The notes under the pieces: model-generated | What the model was told of the DNA's origin: nothing | The model's database searches: none | Seen by the model: the letters and a program-made list of their open reading frames with translations, nothing else | Part shown: in pieces, positions 25,455-27,785 of the stretch | Numbering within the stretch: the first letter of the stretch is position 1 | How the letters are laid out: each line of letters starts with the position of its first letter | Program-made: the position numbers and the translations under genes | Assembly (NCBI GenBank): GCA_044356215.1 | Contig: JBIKWQ010000046.1 | Location: forward strand, 1 to 27,785 | Length of the DNA stretch: 27,785 nt | Origin: Bdellovibrionota bacterium | GTDB taxonomy: Bacteria; Bdellovibrionota_C; UBA2361; OMII01 | Direction of reading: 5' to 3'

Positions 25455-26477
25455 ATGATTGTTCTTGGGATCGAATCTAGTTGTGATGAAACGGGCCTGG
25501 CGTTGCTTGAGCTCCCAAAAGACGGGGGCCAGGCGCGTCTGATTGGAGAGGTCCTAGCCTCACAGATCAAACTCCATGAATTATACGGCGGAGTGGTCCC
25601 TGAGCTCGCCTCACGTGAGCATATGAAAAATATACCGTTGCTATTCGAGGAGCTAATGAGCCAAGCAGGCTTAGCGCTTCATCAGATCGATGGCATCGGC
25701 GTTACGGCGGGTCCCGGACTTAAGGGATGTTTATTGATTGGGGTGACCTTTGCCTTAGGATTGCAAGTCGCTCATCGCATTCCAGTATTCCCAGTGAATC
25801 ATATCGAGGCTCACATCATGAGTGCTGAGCTGCATTTCCCAACGCTAAAGCCGCCGTATCTGGCTTTAGTGGTTTCGGGAGGTCACACGGAGATCGTATT
25901 GGTTTCAAGCCTTGGGCGCTATTCGTGTCTGGCGAGGACTCGTGATGACGCCGCAGGGGAGGCTTTTGACAAGTCAGCTAACCTTTTAAATCTCCCTTAT
26001 CCAGGAGGTGCGCAGCTGGCCAAGCTGGCGGACGAGGTGGAAGGCTCAAAGAGGTTTTCTTTGCCACGTATTGGGCGGGAGATGGAGGGATTTAGCTTCT
26101 CAGGTTTAAAGACAGCAGTGTCGCTGCTTGTGAAAAAGAATCAGGGATTGTTAAGTGAGGACCCGAGCGCTCGCGGTGAGATCTGTTGGGTGATTCAGGA
26201 CGCTATAGTTGACGCTCTTGTTAATAAAACAGTGAAAGAGGTAAAGGCCAGGGGCCTGCCTCTGGTTGTTTGTGGTGGCGTGTCCGCTAATCGGGAGCTT
26301 GAGCGTAGGTTGAGAGAAAAATGTCGTGAGGTCTATGTGCCGCCACTTAAACACTGCGTTGATAACGGTGCGATGATAGCTTATCTGGCGGCTAGGTATA
26401 TGTCGGCTGGAATAGTAGCTCCTAAGATTGAGATCTATTCTAGGTGGCCAGTAGAGGAGCTTAATTTCTGTGTGTAG
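25455..26477 (+). CDS. tsaD: tRNA N6-threonylcarbamoyltransferase TsaD
   Basis: LGIESSCDET, GGVVPELASREH, GPGL, HIEAH, VSGGHT, DDAAGEAFDK, FSFSGLKT and DNGAMIA. Confidence 0.97.
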   Translation: MIVLGIESSCDETGLALLELPKDGGQARLIGEVLASQIKLHELYGGVVPELASREHMKNIPLLFEELMSQAGLALHQIDGIGVTAGPGLKGCLLIGVTFALGLQVAHRIPVFPVNHIEAHIMSAELHFPTLKPPYLALVVSGGHTEIVLVSSLGRYSCLARTRDDAAGEAFDKSANLLNLPYPGGAQLAKLADEVEGSKRFSLPRIGREMEGFSFSGLKTAVSLLVKKNQGLLSEDPSARGEICWVIQDAIVDALVNKTVKEVKARGLPLVVCGGVSANRELERRLREKCREVYVPPLKHCVDNGAMIAYLAARYMSAGIVAPKIEIYSRWPVEELNFCV

Positions 26478-27345
26478 CTATAAAGCAGATCGGGAGCGGC
26501 GCGGAAGATCCGAGAAGGGGAGAAGAGCCAAAGATACGCTGCGAGATCTCGAAGTTCGACCAACGAAGGAGCGCGGCCAGAATTTTCTGATCCGTCCTGA
26601 CGTTGTTGATCAGATCGTTGGCTTCGCTGATGTGCCTGGCGGGGCTAAGGTTGTTGAGATCGGTCCGGGAACTGGGGCATTAACAGAGCTCTTAGCAAAG
26701 CATTCACCGCTTACTCTAATTGAGATTGAGCCTAAGTTCTGCGCCTATCTTAGGGAAAAATATCCTACTGCGACCATCATCGAGCGCGATGCTCGTTTAG
26801 TTGATTTTTCTGAGATAGGGAGAGATCTTTTTGTATTCGGAAATATCCCATACGTCTTCTCAACAGAGATAGTTTTTCAGCTACTAAAACATCGCGATTC
26901 TATACAACACGCCGTCTTGATGACTCAGAGAGAGTTCGCCGAGCGCGTAGCGGCTTCGCCTGGAGGTCGGGATTATGGCAGTCTCTCGGTAGCGGTGCAG
27001 GTTTTTGCTGATGTTGAACTTGGGCCTATTGTATCAGGGGATTCATTTCATCCGCCTACGGCGGTACAGTCTCGAGTGATGAAGCTCTCGTTTTTAGAGG
27101 CGCCGCGCGTTGAGATCTCCGACCCTGAGTTTTTCGAGGTAGTAGTGCGGGCAGCATTCTCACAGCGTAGAAAGAAAGTTTTAAATAGCTTACTCTCCCG
27201 CGGGCGATGGAGTCGTGAGGTTTTGCAAGAGGCCCTTAAGCAGGCAGCGATATCTCCGGACGCCAGGGCTGAGCAGATCGATATTGAGCGTTTCGCGGCG
27301 CTGGCTAGAGCCCTAACGTCCCTTCAAACTACGAAGCTAGCTTGA
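26470..27345 (+). CDS. rsmA: 16S rRNA m6,2A dimethyltransferase
   Basis: GQNFL, EIGPGTGALT, GNIPY, QREFAER, YGSLSV and FSQRRK; 8-bp overlap with tsaD. Confidence 0.96.
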   Translation: MCSYKADRERRGRSEKGRRAKDTLRDLEVRPTKERGQNFLIRPDVVDQIVGFADVPGGAKVVEIGPGTGALTELLAKHSPLTLIEIEPKFCAYLREKYPTATIIERDARLVDFSEIGRDLFVFGNIPYVFSTEIVFQLLKHRDSIQHAVLMTQREFAERVAASPGGRDYGSLSVAVQVFADVELGPIVSGDSFHPPTAVQSRVMKLSFLEAPRVEISDPEFFEVVVRAAFSQRRKKVLNSLLSRGRWSREVLQEALKQAAISPDARAEQIDIERFAALARALTSLQTTKLA

Positions 27346-27589
27346 CGTGATCATCCGAGTTGGCGACGCCACCCTTCGAGCTGGATGCCTTCGCTCCAGA
27401 GAAAAACGAATCAGGAATCTTACCGATTAACTTCTCAACTGACTCGCGCTTTACGCGCCAGTCGGAGCCGAGCTTAAACCCTTCAATCGTTCCGGCCTTG
27501 ATTAGATCATAGACCTTTGGACGGTGAATCCGGAGAACCTTCGCTACCTCCATGACCGTCAAGAGCAGTGGTTGTTGAGACTTTGTCAT
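27329..27589 (-). CDS. Small excisionase-like (HTH_17/MerR-type) DNA-binding protein
   Basis: LLTVMEVAKVLRIHRPKVYDLIKAGTIEGFKLGSDWRV. Probable start at ATG 27589. Confidence 0.85.
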   Translation of the reverse strand: MTKSQQPLLLTVMEVAKVLRIHRPKVYDLIKAGTIEGFKLGSDWRVKRESVEKLIGKIPDSFFSGAKASSSKGGVANSDDHVKLAS

Positions 27590-27707
27590 AACGATTACCT
27601 TATAAAGATTTCGCAAGAACGTAGACGACTCGCGTCACGCACTTAGTAGTGTTATGGTCTAAAGCTGTTTGGGTGTGACATAAGAGTAGGGCGTCGCAGT
27701 TCTTTAT

Positions 27708-27785
27708 CACCACAGAGGACGCAGAGGACACAGAGAACGGCCATTTTATGGGCAATTATGGGGTTTTCTCTGTGTCCTCTGCGTC
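27708..27785. repeat. Palindromic repeat of CACAGAGGA-type 9-mers, truncated at the window end
   Basis: Perfect 20-bp inverted repeat, 27718-27737 GACGCAGAGGACACAGAGAA with 27766-27785, and a 28-nt spacer. The arms are tandem C(A/G)CAGAGGA units. Confidence 0.85.

Noticed and set aside
24535..25570. Alternative ORFs overlapping the cytochrome c gene
   Set aside because: Shadows of a gene with a clear lipobox and two CxxCH motifs.
27708..27785. CRISPR array
   Set aside because: The repeats are contiguous 9-mers in inverted arrangement, with no unique spacers and no cas genes.

Overview
Chromosomal, non-mobile bacterial window. The lineage is probably deltaproteobacteria-like (Bdellovibrionota/Myxococcota relatives). 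This is an inference from long-form HflX, DUF1844, futalosine hydrolase and several sigma54-type sites. Bases 194-9275 (minus strand) encode all seven shikimate-pathway steps: a chorismate mutase/prephenate dehydratase/DAHP synthase fusion, aroB, aroA, aroK, aroE, aroD and aroC. An unknown membrane protein and an opposite-strand HAD hydrolase interrupt the cluster. The strongest feature missing from the ORF track is a classical ribosome-dependent attenuator in front of this cluster. It has a probably leaderless 24-aa leader peptide (MTNASLSYFFSYYFFEPPCKAEAR, 4 Phe + 3 Tyr), an antiterminator and a GNRA-capped terminator. Divergent from it, a consensus sigma54 promoter precedes a ~250-nt structured 5' leader and a FadL/PorV-like outer-membrane barrel. 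The rest holds a glycine-zipper protein, a lipoprotein/barrel/mqnB unit, coaE, an SCP2 protein, an aminotransferase and a TPR protein. Further on are a motif-degenerate DNA methyltransferase homolog before hflX, an MBL hydrolase, DUF1844, an ECF sigma factor, a diheme cytochrome c lacking the usual Met ligands, tsaD, rsmA and an excisionase-like HTH protein. Palindromic repeats sit at both window edges. No rRNA, tRNA, CRISPR array, integrase or transposase was seen.
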